A DNA stretch of 27,378 nucleotides from Rhodospirillaceae bacterium (lineage in GTDB: Bacteria; Pseudomonadota; Alphaproteobacteria; Micavibrionales; UBA2020): assembly GCA_003524565.1 (NCBI GenBank), contig DQGU01000180.1:1-27378 (forward strand), read 5' to 3'. Positions 1 to 8,654 of this stretch are shown piece by piece (within the stretch, counting starts at the first letter, position 1; each line of letters opens with the position of its first letter). Both the position numbers and the translations under genes were made by a program. The notes beneath the pieces were generated by a model. It worked only from the letters and a program-made list of their open reading frames with translations. It searched no databases and was not told the DNA's origin.

Positions 1-252
1 GTGGCCGGGCGTGTCCATCAGGTTCAAGACGTACTGCTGACCGTCTTTGGCTTTATAGTTCAACCGCACAGTCTGGGCTTTGATGGTGATGCCGCGCTCG
101 CGTTCCAGCTCCATGTTGTCGAGAATTTGCTCTTTCATCTCGCGGTCGGTCAGGCCGCCGCAGGTCTGGATAAGACGGTCGGCAAGTGTTGACTTCCCAT
201 GGTCGATATGGGCAATAATCGAGAAGTTCCGGATGTGTTTTTGTTCTGTCAT
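1..252 (-). CDS. lepA: Elongation factor 4 (LepA), N-terminal 84 codons; gene runs off the left edge
   Basis: Manual minus-strand translation from ATG at 252: [58 protein letters not shown]...LNLMDTPGH. It contains G1 [14 protein letters not shown] and DTPGH. Absent from the ORF track. Confidence 0.97.
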   Translation of the reverse strand, partial: MTEQKHIRNFSIIAHIDHGKSTLADRLIQTCGGLTDREMKEQILDNMELERERGITIKAQTVRLNYKAKDGQQYVLNLMDTPGH

Positions 253-282
253 AATTTTTCTGGTTTCAACCGGGTTCGGTGG

Positions 283-1191
283 ATGATGCGGCGCCTGATA
301 GTCGTTTTTACTTATTTCCTTATTGCGCTTTGTTTTAGCGGGAATATGGCGAAAGCTCAAGAGCTTGCCGCTATCCCCGACAAGATTCAGGGCAACTGGG
401 CCCTGCCCGATTGCGGGATTTATGACGAAGCCCTGCTTTTTACCCGTCATTTTTACCTAAAATCCTCCGGCGGGGGGCTTTCCCTCGAGCCTGCGGGGTT
501 GGCGCGGGAATCCGAGGATTACTTGATTCTCTCCCTCGGCAGCACCGTGGCGCCTGTGCAGGTCGAAAACGACGGCATCATGACCCTTGGCCTCCTTGAA
601 AAACCGCCCGCCAAACGCACCCGCAACTGGCCGCGGCTGTGGGAAAAACTGCCCCATGACCAGAGCGTCGAATATACCTCCTGCACCGAAGCGCCCACGG
701 TCGTGCCCAAAAACATGGCGCGCCTGATGCGCTTCGTTGACCGCCTGCGCGAAGCCTGCGCCGTGACCGACAGCAAGGACTGTGCCCGCGTCGCCTTCAA
801 ACTGGCCGACAGCGACAACAACAAGCGTCTGGGCAAAGACGAAATTCTGGCCGCGACCGAAAGCCTGATGCTCTTCGCCGAAATGGGCGCAAAGCCGCAA
901 CTAAGCGCGGAGGAAATCAAAGCCGTCAAAACGCGCGCGGCCGAAGAAGGCCACGCCATCGCCACCGATTTGCTGGCTCGCTATGACGCGGACAAATCCG
1001 GCAATCTTGATTACAACGAAATCGTCGAGAATTTCACAGCACCCGCCCTGCCCGTCATCCGCGAAATGGCGGAGAAAGCATCAAGCCTGCTGCCGTCGCT
1101 GAAGCTTGCCGGCGCGGCGCTGCCCTATACCGAAAGCACCCCAGACCACACGCCCGAAAAGAAACAGACCTATAAGCGTAAAGATTATTAA
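283..1191 (+). CDS. Secreted/periplasmic EF-hand calcium-binding protein of unknown function
   Basis: ORF 199..1191. The likely start is ATG 283 or 286, because the upstream part overlaps lepA and 283 begins a Sec-like signal ([25 protein letters not shown]|Q). Two EF-hand loops: [12 protein letters not shown] (808-843) and [12 protein letters not shown] (985-1020). Confidence 0.75.
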   Translation: MMRRLIVVFTYFLIALCFSGNMAKAQELAAIPDKIQGNWALPDCGIYDEALLFTRHFYLKSSGGGLSLEPAGLARESEDYLILSLGSTVAPVQVENDGIMTLGLLEKPPAKRTRNWPRLWEKLPHDQSVEYTSCTEAPTVVPKNMARLMRFVDRLREACAVTDSKDCARVAFKLADSDNNKRLGKDEILAATESLMLFAEMGAKPQLSAEEIKAVKTRAAEEGHAIATDLLARYDADKSGNLDYNEIVENFTAPALPVIREMAEKASSLLPSLKLAGAALPYTESTPDHTPEKKQTYKRKDY

Positions 1192-1213
1192 AGCTAGGCG
1201 CGGACATAAAGAA

Positions 1214-1298
1214 CGTCACACCGGCGCAGGCCGGTGGCCATCTCTGGTTTATATTGGCGTACCCGGCTTTCTGGATACCGGCCTGCGCCGGTATGACG
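1214..1298. repeat. REP-like inverted doublet (REPIN-like)
   Basis: 1214-1240 cgtcacaccggcgcaggccggtggcca and the reverse complement of 1272-1298 match at 24/27 nt. Each arm carries an internal hairpin ccggc-gcag-gccgg. It lies between convergent genes. Confidence 0.8.
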
Positions 1299-1335
1299 AA
1301 AAGTTGCAAGAGATGCTTTTTTTGCGGACTTGCCG

Positions 1336-1414
1336 CTTGCGCGCGTGTTTTTATTTTTGCGGGCTCGCCTCTTGCGCGCGTGTTTTTATTTTTGCGGGCT
1401 CGCCTCTTGCGCGC
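1336..1414. repeat. Exact 35-bp tandem duplication (about 2.3 copies) spanning the sua5 stop codon
   Basis: The unit cttgcgcgcgtgtttttatttttgcgggctcgcct occurs at 1336-1370 and 1371-1405, with a partial copy at 1406-1414. A degenerate remnant lies at about 1314-1335. Confidence 0.95.
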
Positions 1415-2396
1415 CCGCTGCCCTTTTCAGCCTGTCGTTGATAGCAAGACCAAGACCGGTGTCCGGTATATTCATGACCGCAATCCGCTCTGCGCCGCAG
1501 CCATCCAGAAGATGCAGCATGGCAAAAACATTCGCCGCCGCTTCGTTCAAATCACCCGTTTCGCTGAGGTTCAAGAGCCAGCCATCCGGCAACTTTTGTT
1601 TGGCAAAGCCGCCGCCCTGCATGCCCATGAATTTGAGGGAGCCGAAGGCAAGCAAGGCCTCCCCCTCCGCCACATCCACAGCATGCAGCCGCAGCGGCGT
1701 GCGCGGCGCGTAATGTTTCAACAATTGCCCCGGCGATTTGGGTTTGTCATCCACCGCTTCGGTTTCCACGCGCACTTCACCGAGGTGCATTTCCAGCTCG
1801 TCCAGCGTCACGCCACCCGGCCTGAGCAGAACGGCAACATCGCCGCTGAGGTCTATAACCGTTGATTCAAGCCCCACCGCCGCCTTGCCGCCCGCCAAAA
1901 TCATGCCGGCTTTTTCACCAAGGCTTTGCGCCACATGCTGCGGCGTCGTGGGGCTGAGAAGACCGGAGGCATTCGCGCTCGGCGCGGCAATCGGGCGGCC
2001 CAGCGCCGTAATCAGCTGCCGCGCCACCGGATGGGACGGGCAGCGCACCGCAATCGTCGGCAACCCCGCACTGCACAGCAGCGACACGGCGGAGCCCGAT
2101 TTGCGCGGCAAAATCATGGTGAGAGGCCCCGGCCAGAACAGCTCCGCCAGCAGCCGCGCACGAATATCAAATTCCACAATCTCTTCGGCCTGCGCGCGGT
2201 TGACGACATGCACAATCACGGGGTTGAATGTCGGGCGCCCTTTGGCTTCGAATATCGCCGCCACGGCGCGGTCGTTGGTGGCATCGGCGCCAAGGCCATA
2301 GACCGTTTCGGTGGGCAGGGTCACAAGCGCGCCCGCACGCAGGCGATCAGCCGCCTGTGCAATCGCCTCCGGCGTTGCCTGTACAATCAAACTCAT
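1386..2396 (-). CDS. sua5: L-threonylcarbamoyladenylate synthase, Sua5 type (YrdC domain plus SUA5 C-terminal domain)
   Basis: Motifs PTETVYGLGADA, KGRPTFNPVIVH, AAPSAN, GLEST and SPGQLLKHYAP; 336 aa. Confidence 0.96.
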   Translation of the reverse strand: MSLIVQATPEAIAQAADRLRAGALVTLPTETVYGLGADATNDRAVAAIFEAKGRPTFNPVIVHVVNRAQAEEIVEFDIRARLLAELFWPGPLTMILPRKSGSAVSLLCSAGLPTIAVRCPSHPVARQLITALGRPIAAPSANASGLLSPTTPQHVAQSLGEKAGMILAGGKAAVGLESTVIDLSGDVAVLLRPGGVTLDELEMHLGEVRVETEAVDDKPKSPGQLLKHYAPRTPLRLHAVDVAEGEALLAFGSLKFMGMQGGGFAKQKLPDGWLLNLSETGDLNEAAANVFAMLHLLDGCGAERIAVMNIPDTGLGLAINDRLKRAAGAQEASPQK

Positions 2397-3493
2397 GCCG
2401 CGCCCGCCGTTTTGCCGCGCGGGTGATGCAGCGTGCCGCCCGTCATGTCGCGCGGCGCCCCCGTGGTGCCGGGGAAACTGATAGGCAGGCCGCGCAGGCT
2501 GCGCACCGCCATATAGGCAAAAGCCTCCGCCTCGATAGCATCGCCGTCAAAGCCGATATCTTCGATAGGGTTCACAGGCACGCCAAGCGCGCCGCGCAGC
2601 CCGTGCATCATTTCGGCATTCAGCCTGCCGCCACCGGAGACAACCCAGCGGCGCGGTTTTTGCGGCAGAAAATCCGCTGCGCGCGCAACAGCGCGCACCG
2701 TAAAGGCTGTCAGCGTCGCCGCGCCTTCGTTCACGCCCAGATGCTGCCAGCGCGCAGAAACGAAATCGTTACGGTCGAGGGATTTGGGCGGCTTTGCGGC
2801 AAAAAACGGATGCGACATCAAATCCGCCAGCACCGTTTCATCCGCGCGGCCGGATGCGGCAGCTTCGCCGTTTTTATCGTATTTCTGACCTGTTTTTTGC
2901 AGCATCCAGTCGTCAATCAGCGCATTGCCGGGGCCGGTATCGAAAGCCAGTATGCCGCCATCGTCGCCCACATAGGTCACATTCGCCACGCCGCCAATGT
3001 TCAAAAATGCACAAGGTTTTTCCAGCTGCGCGGCCAGCGCGCGGTGATAGACGGGCGCAAGCGGCGCGCCCTGCCCGCCCGCCTTCACATCCGGTGTACG
3101 GAAATCGTTCACAACAGGCAAGCCCGTCAGCGCCGCCAGATGCGCGCCATCGCCCAGCTGGCAGGTATAACCCCGCGCGGGGTCATGCGCCACGGTCTGG
3201 CCATGAAACCCAACAAGGTCTATGCCTGCGGAACTTCCCCGCACTGCCAGTAGTTGGCGGATGGCAGCGGCATGCGCTTCGGTCAATTCACGCTCCACCG
3301 CAGCGGCCTCGGCGCGGCGCTCGGGCGGTAAATTCAAACAGGCGCGGATACGCGCGCGCAGACCGTCGTCGTAGGGCACGGATATGAAGCCCTCGCGCAG
3401 GATATACCCCTCGCCGTCCGTGGAGAGGATGGCGGCATCGATACCATCGAGCGAGGTGCCGCTCATCAGGCCAACTACGCGATAAATCTGCAT
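2393..3493 (-). CDS. anmK: Anhydro-N-acetylmuramic acid kinase
   Basis: Motifs GLMSGTSLDGIDAA, GFHGQTVAH, DFRTPDVKAGGQGAPLAP, FDTGPGNALID and EAEAFAYMA. Overlaps sua5 by 4 nt. Confidence 0.97.
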   Translation of the reverse strand: MQIYRVVGLMSGTSLDGIDAAILSTDGEGYILREGFISVPYDDGLRARIRACLNLPPERRAEAAAVERELTEAHAAAIRQLLAVRGSSAGIDLVGFHGQTVAHDPARGYTCQLGDGAHLAALTGLPVVNDFRTPDVKAGGQGAPLAPVYHRALAAQLEKPCAFLNIGGVANVTYVGDDGGILAFDTGPGNALIDDWMLQKTGQKYDKNGEAAASGRADETVLADLMSHPFFAAKPPKSLDRNDFVSARWQHLGVNEGAATLTAFTVRAVARAADFLPQKPRRWVVSGGGRLNAEMMHGLRGALGVPVNPIEDIGFDGDAIEAEAFAYMAVRSLRGLPISFPGTTGAPRDMTGGTLHHPRGKTAGAA

Positions 3494-3579
3494 TTTTCAG
3501 GCTCCTATTGGCATATTGCCGCAATACAGCAAATAGCCTATGATAGCCCCAAATTCAAGGACGTGAAAGGTCTCCCGCC

Positions 3580-4041
3580 ATGCACAATATCATCGCCATG
3601 CTGATTTTGACGGTTATGTCCGTTGTGCCCTCGGTTTATGCCATGGCCGCGCCGGCAAATTCCGGTGATAGCGCCGCCCAGCGCGTTATCGAGCGCGTAT
3701 TCAGCGAAGCCGAGCGCGCTGTTATCGAAGAATTCTATCTGCAAAACGACAAAGAGAACGCCAAAGGCAAAGGCGGCAAGAAAAAAGGCAAAGGCCTGCC
3801 CCCCGGCCTTGCCAAAAAAGACCGCCTGCCGCCCGGGCTTGAAAAACAGCTGAAGAAAAACGGTACGTTGCCCCCCGGCCTTGCGCGCAACGACTTGCCG
3901 CTCGCGCTGCAAAATAAACTCTATCCGCCCAAAGCAGGCACCAAGCGTATTCTGGTTGGCCGCGATATCGTTCTTATCGATACCAAGACCGACCTTATCC
4001 TCGACATCATCCATGATGTCGTACGCGCAAGCCGTCTTTAA
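3580..4041 (+). CDS. Secreted hypothetical protein with three LPPGL repeats (RcnB-like, tentative)
   Basis: Hydrophobic signal peptide, a Lys/Gly-rich linker, LPPGLAKK/LPPGLEK/LPPGLAR repeats and a C-terminal beta-rich segment (RILVGRDIVLIDTKTDLILDII). Confidence 0.75.
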   Translation: MHNIIAMLILTVMSVVPSVYAMAAPANSGDSAAQRVIERVFSEAERAVIEEFYLQNDKENAKGKGGKKKGKGLPPGLAKKDRLPPGLEKQLKKNGTLPPGLARNDLPLALQNKLYPPKAGTKRILVGRDIVLIDTKTDLILDIIHDVVRASRL

Positions 4042-4074
4042 GCAAAAATAAAAAACCGAAAGAACAGAACCTCC

Positions 4075-5325
4075 ATGACATCGACGTCCGATTTCCTCCA
4101 CATCATGCAGGAACGTGGTTTCCTGCACCAATGCACCGACATCGACGGCCTGCGCAAGCAGCTGGAAAGCGGCACTGTCACTTGCTACACGGGCTATGAC
4201 GCCACGGCAACCAGCCTGCATGCAGGCAGTCTGCTTTCCATCATGATGATGCGCTGGTTTCAAAAATGCGGCCACCGCCCCATCGTGCTTATGGGCGGCG
4301 GCACGACCAAAGTCGGCGACCCGACGGGCAAGGACGAAAGCCGCAAGATGCTTTCCGATGCCGACATCGACAACAACATCGCGGGCATCCGCAAAGTCTT
4401 TCAAAAATTCATCACCTTCGGCAATAGCCCCACAGACGCGCTGATGGTCAACAATGCCGAGTGGCTGGAGAAAATCAACTACATCGAATTCCTGCGCGAT
4501 TACGGCCCGCATTTCAGCGTCAACCGTATGCTGACCATGGATAGCGTGCGCCTGCGGCTGGAGCGGGAACAATCCCTCAGCTTCCTTGAATTCAACTATA
4601 TGCTTTTGCAGGCCTACGACTTTCTGGAGCTGTATCGCCGCTATGGCTGCACGGCGCAGTTCGGCGGTTCCGACCAGTGGGGCAACATCATCGGCGGCGT
4701 CGATTTGGTGCGCCGCATTTTGCAAAAAGAATCCTTCGGCCTGACCTGCCCGCTCCTGACCACGTCGAGCGGTAAAAAAATGGGCAAGAGCGCGACAGGC
4801 GCCGTCTGGCTCAACGACGATATGTTCAGCGCCTATGATTACTACCAGTACTGGCGCAATACCGAAGACACCGACGTCGTGCGCATGCTGAAAATCTACA
4901 CAGAGTTGCCGATGGACGAAATCGCCCGCCTTGAAGCCCTGCGCGGCGGGGAGATTAACGAGGCGAAAAAAATCCTCGCCTTCGAAGCCACCCGCATGTG
5001 CCACGGCCAGAAAGCAGCCGAAGACGCCGCCGAAACCGCGCGCAAAACCTTCGAAGAAGGCGGCGCGGCCGAAGGCCTGCCGACGATTAAAATTGAAAAC
5101 AAGGCGCTGTCAGAAGGCATCCCCGCCTTCGTTCTTTTCAAAGACGCCGGCCTTGCCGCATCCGGCGGCGAAGCCCGCCGCTTGATTGCCGGCGGCGGCG
5201 CACGCATCAACGACGAAAAAGTCGATAACGACCAGCGCATCGTCACCCTCGCCGACGTTGGCAATGACGGACACATCAAACTGTCCGCCGGAAAGAAAAA
5301 ACACGCGCTGGTGGTGGTGGCGTAA
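4075..5325 (+). CDS. tyrS: Tyrosine--tRNA ligase
   Basis: Motifs [15 protein letters not shown] (HIGH-equivalent), GGSDQWGNI and KMGKS, plus a C-terminal S4-like domain. Confidence 0.98.
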   Translation: MTSTSDFLHIMQERGFLHQCTDIDGLRKQLESGTVTCYTGYDATATSLHAGSLLSIMMMRWFQKCGHRPIVLMGGGTTKVGDPTGKDESRKMLSDADIDNNIAGIRKVFQKFITFGNSPTDALMVNNAEWLEKINYIEFLRDYGPHFSVNRMLTMDSVRLRLEREQSLSFLEFNYMLLQAYDFLELYRRYGCTAQFGGSDQWGNIIGGVDLVRRILQKESFGLTCPLLTTSSGKKMGKSATGAVWLNDDMFSAYDYYQYWRNTEDTDVVRMLKIYTELPMDEIARLEALRGGEINEAKKILAFEATRMCHGQKAAEDAAETARKTFEEGGAAEGLPTIKIENKALSEGIPAFVLFKDAGLAASGGEARRLIAGGGARINDEKVDNDQRIVTLADVGNDGHIKLSAGKKKHALVVVA

Positions 5326-5341
5326 GCAGCTCCCGCTGCTT
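5324..5341. terminator. Probable bidirectional hairpin terminator between tyrS and the YhdP-like gene
   Basis: Stem-loop aagcagc-tccc-gctgctt between convergent stop codons; the U-tract is short. Confidence 0.5.
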
Positions 5342-5346
5342 TCGAT

Positions 5347-8300
5347 TTAATTCTCGAAGAAAATTTTGCGCAGGATGCCGGGGGCGAGGACGGAAAGCGG
5401 GTTCACCGATACCTGCGGCTTGTCCTTCGGCCCTTTGATACGGTAGGTCGCTGCCAGAATACCGCTGCCGCCGCCTGTCAGAATATCGCCCACCAGCGGG
5501 ATACCGCTCAGCACATTATTCACACCGGAAATCGGGATAATCGTACCGTCGATATCCAGCATATTCGCCCAGTTGTCGATTTCGCCTTCGAAATTCAGCC
5601 CCAGCGACGCACCCGACGTGCGCCCGTCGCGCAGTTTGATAAGCCGCACGTTTTTATGCTGCGCGGGCTGGCCGCGGTCAGTCCAGCTGAAATTCACACG
5701 CGCGCGTTTAAAGGCAATACCCTCGCCGTTCAAAATATCCAAAACACCGACCAGCGACATTGAATTGAGCAGCAAGGCCAAAACCGGCGCATCACGCAAA
5801 ACGAAATCGCTAAGCACCACACTGCCGCGCATATCGCGGCTACCGCCGTTTGGCGCAGGTTCGCCCTTCACCACCAGCTTGCCGCCGCGGATAGATTTTG
5901 AAATACCAAAAAACGCCAGCGCGCCGCCGCCATTTGCTGCTTCGAACCGCAGGCTGGCACCTTGTGGCGACGGGGTATAGCGCAGATATATATCGTCCTT
6001 GCCGATAAATCCGTCCATTTCCAGTTGCTCGATACGCTGCCACGCGCTGCGGCGCAGGAACATTTTGACATTATCAAGCGCGCGGTCTTCACCGACCAGC
6101 AGCCGGTCAACTGTCATCGATATCTGCATCGGCGTCGATTTGATAGCGGCGGCGGCGTCGGTATTGGGCGCGCCGTCGCTTTGCATCCAGCGCGTGGCAT
6201 CAAACTGCCGCCCGCTCACGCGCAGCACATATCCCGCCGCGCCTTTGTTTTCAACATCCAGCGCCGCCTGCGTCTGCCCCCACATCGCCGTCGGAAAGCG
6301 CGCACTGCGCAGCGCACCGCCCGACATTTCCGCATCGCCGCGCAGGACAAGCCCCGCGGCCTCGATAGCGATGTTTTCTATTTTTTGCGGCTCGCCCTTC
6401 AGCAAGTGAATACGCAGCGCCGCGCTGCCCGTTGTGCCCGCGGCTTTGGTATAACCAATATCCTCGACAGACAGGGATGCAGGCGTCAAATCCGCCGTCA
6501 AATCAAGCGCCGCGTGTCCGTCGTGTTCAAGCCTGTATAAAACCTTGGACGGCATCGGCCCCATGATACCCAGCGTTTCAGGCACACCGAAGCGGCGGCG
6601 CGCGGCATCGTCGAGCGTCAGCGCCGCGCTGACATTGCTGTCAAAAGATTTTTTGCGGTCGAAATTCTTCGTCCAGTCGAACGTCATCGGCATATCGCCA
6701 AGACGCCCCTCGCCCTTGACGTGCAGCGCGCCGTTATCGACGCGCAAATCCATCGGCCCGCCCGTGATGTCCATGCCGGACACCATGTTTGGCAGCAGCA
6801 TATCGTTCAGCTTCGCCTCCGCCGCCACATGCACTTCGGATATATCCAGCTTGCGGTGAATGGGAAATTTGAACGAGACATCCACATCCGCCTTCCCCTT
6901 CACATCTGCCGATTGAATGCCCAGCATCTTCGGATAGCCGAGGGGCTTGGCATCCAGAACCTCAAGGGCCGTTTTGACAGGCCCCGCCAGCGATACCTTG
7001 ATGTCGATTTCAATGTCCTTGTTCGGGTCATGATGGTCGAGACCCGTGATGGCGATATTCGACTTGCTGACCGTCATATCGCCGAGCGTGCCGCCCGTCA
7101 GCGCCAAATCGAAACGCTCCGTGTTATAGGTCGCCTGTCCGCGCACGTTTTCGACGGCCATCAGCGGCGGGAAATAATCGACCTTGATGCCTTCAAAATC
7201 AATCACGCCGCCCAGCTTGTGCATGGCAAGCGGCTTTTCCCCTTCGGCCGGCGCGGGATTGACGGCAAAGGCGGTTTCAATCGTCGCCTTGGTCGCAACC
7301 CCTTTTGACAGATGCGTGGTCACCCACCAACGCGGGTCCGGCGTCAGTTTTGCGGGCCAATATTGCGCAAGGGAATCCATCGGCGTTTGCAGCAGTTCCC
7401 CCTGCAACGTGGTTTCGTATTTGCCGTCCGTAAATTGCACGCGCCCTTGCAGGGTGGCCTTTGGCCCGTCCATATCGACACTGAGGGTATCAAGGCGCAA
7501 GCCGCGGCCGGCAATATCGACCATGCCCTTGGCATAGAGCCTGCGCACAGGCAGCGGTGTCTCTTCATAAAGACCGAAGCCGCTGAAGCTGCCGTTTTCG
7601 GCGCCCATGATGAAACGCACGCGCTGCGGCTTGAAATCCTTGTCCAGCCGCGCCGATAAACTGACACTCATGTTCAGCGCCACCCCTTGCAGGGCGGAAA
7701 GTTTTTCACTGGCCCTGGCAAGTGCGGCGGGGTCGATACCGCCGATGAAAGCCGTGATATCCGTCTCTCCGCTCGCACGGCGGTAGCGGGCTTCGGCCTT
7801 GACGCGCGTGCGGCGGTCGGCCGTCATATCGACGGCCATATCAATCTTGGCCAGCATGCCCGTGCGGGTACGGCCAATGGTGATATCGGTATCGGACGAC
7901 TGGCGGACAAGCCCCAGCTGGCGGTCGTCGTAAGTCAGGCGCGCATCGCGTACGGAGACTTCTTCAAGCCCCCCCAGCAAAAGCCCGAGGCTGCCATGCG
8001 CCGTCAGGCCGCTGAGAACGCCGCGCAGAAGTTCGATTTGCTGGCGCGCGTTGGCGTCTATCATTTCGGGCGGCAGCACGGGGCCGAAAACTTCGGCGGG
8101 TTTTTCCTCGACATTCAGGGTGATGTGGCCATCTTCCCACCGCACGACATGCAGCGCGGGTTCATAAACGCGGATGAGTTTCGGCACCATGCTGCCGAAA
8201 ACCAGATGACGTTTTGATAGATGCACGCCCATCTTGCGCACGCTGGCGACTTCGGCGCCTTCGGGGCGGCGGACGGTGACGTTTTTCATTTCAATCTGGA

Positions 8301-8538
8301 ACAAATCGAAATGCCCGCCCCAGACCAATTGGGTGCCGCCGATGTCGAATACGAAACCCGGCTGGCGCGCGTTCATGGACGCTTCGAGTTTTTCGGTCAG
8401 GAAAGACGCATCCAGCGGCCCCATCGACAGCCGCCACAAAAGCGCCCCCCAGAGCAGGAACACCAGCACAACCAGAAAGGCGCAGAATTCGAGCCCCATG
8501 ACCAGCCCGCGGTTGAAATAGTGCAAGGCTTTTTTCAC
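5347..8538 (-). CDS. YhdP/AsmA-like (DUF3971 plus AsmA-like C-terminal domain) membrane-anchored protein
   Basis: 1063 aa with a GTG start, an N-terminal TM helix, long beta-rich repeats, WPAKLTPDPRWW and a C-terminal GILAATYRIKGPKDKPQVSVNPLSVLAPGILRKIF. Position next to tyrS is typical of alphaproteobacteria. Confidence 0.85.
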   Translation of the reverse strand: MKKALHYFNRGLVMGLEFCAFLVVLVFLLWGALLWRLSMGPLDASFLTEKLEASMNARQPGFVFDIGGTQLVWGGHFDLFQIEMKNVTVRRPEGAEVASVRKMGVHLSKRHLVFGSMVPKLIRVYEPALHVVRWEDGHITLNVEEKPAEVFGPVLPPEMIDANARQQIELLRGVLSGLTAHGSLGLLLGGLEEVSVRDARLTYDDRQLGLVRQSSDTDITIGRTRTGMLAKIDMAVDMTADRRTRVKAEARYRRASGETDITAFIGGIDPAALARASEKLSALQGVALNMSVSLSARLDKDFKPQRVRFIMGAENGSFSGFGLYEETPLPVRRLYAKGMVDIAGRGLRLDTLSVDMDGPKATLQGRVQFTDGKYETTLQGELLQTPMDSLAQYWPAKLTPDPRWWVTTHLSKGVATKATIETAFAVNPAPAEGEKPLAMHKLGGVIDFEGIKVDYFPPLMAVENVRGQATYNTERFDLALTGGTLGDMTVSKSNIAITGLDHHDPNKDIEIDIKVSLAGPVKTALEVLDAKPLGYPKMLGIQSADVKGKADVDVSFKFPIHRKLDISEVHVAAEAKLNDMLLPNMVSGMDITGGPMDLRVDNGALHVKGEGRLGDMPMTFDWTKNFDRKKSFDSNVSAALTLDDAARRRFGVPETLGIMGPMPSKVLYRLEHDGHAALDLTADLTPASLSVEDIGYTKAAGTTGSAALRIHLLKGEPQKIENIAIEAAGLVLRGDAEMSGGALRSARFPTAMWGQTQAALDVENKGAAGYVLRVSGRQFDATRWMQSDGAPNTDAAAAIKSTPMQISMTVDRLLVGEDRALDNVKMFLRRSAWQRIEQLEMDGFIGKDDIYLRYTPSPQGASLRFEAANGGGALAFFGISKSIRGGKLVVKGEPAPNGGSRDMRGSVVLSDFVLRDAPVLALLLNSMSLVGVLDILNGEGIAFKRARVNFSWTDRGQPAQHKNVRLIKLRDGRTSGASLGLNFEGEIDNWANMLDIDGTIIPISGVNNVLSGIPLVGDILTGGGSGILAATYRIKGPKDKPQVSVNPLSVLAPGILRKIFFEN

Positions 8539-8654
8539 GCGCTGTCTTTATCCCCGGCAAATTTGCAGATAGAATGATATGATTACGGACGCCGCGCGGA
8601 TACCGCAGCGCCTGTCCGGATTATAGCCCTTTTTTACCCGCGAGAGTAAGCCCC

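Noticed and set aside
1-286. Plus-strand ORFs 1..192 and 80..286
   Set aside because: They are antisense shadows of lepA, whose GTPase motifs are unambiguous on the minus strand.
1336-1414. 35-bp direct repeats as a possible CRISPR array
   Set aside because: The copies are contiguous with no spacers, overlap a CDS end, and no cas genes are present.
1254-1865. Plus-strand ORFs with repeated FIFAGSPLAR peptides (1106..1441, 1254..1865, 1330..1713)
   Set aside because: They are translations of the REP element, the 35-bp duplication and antisense sua5.
3538-5004. 488-aa minus-strand ORF
   Set aside because: It is antisense to tyrS and the LPPGL gene, has no recognisable motifs, and is expected in GC-rich DNA.
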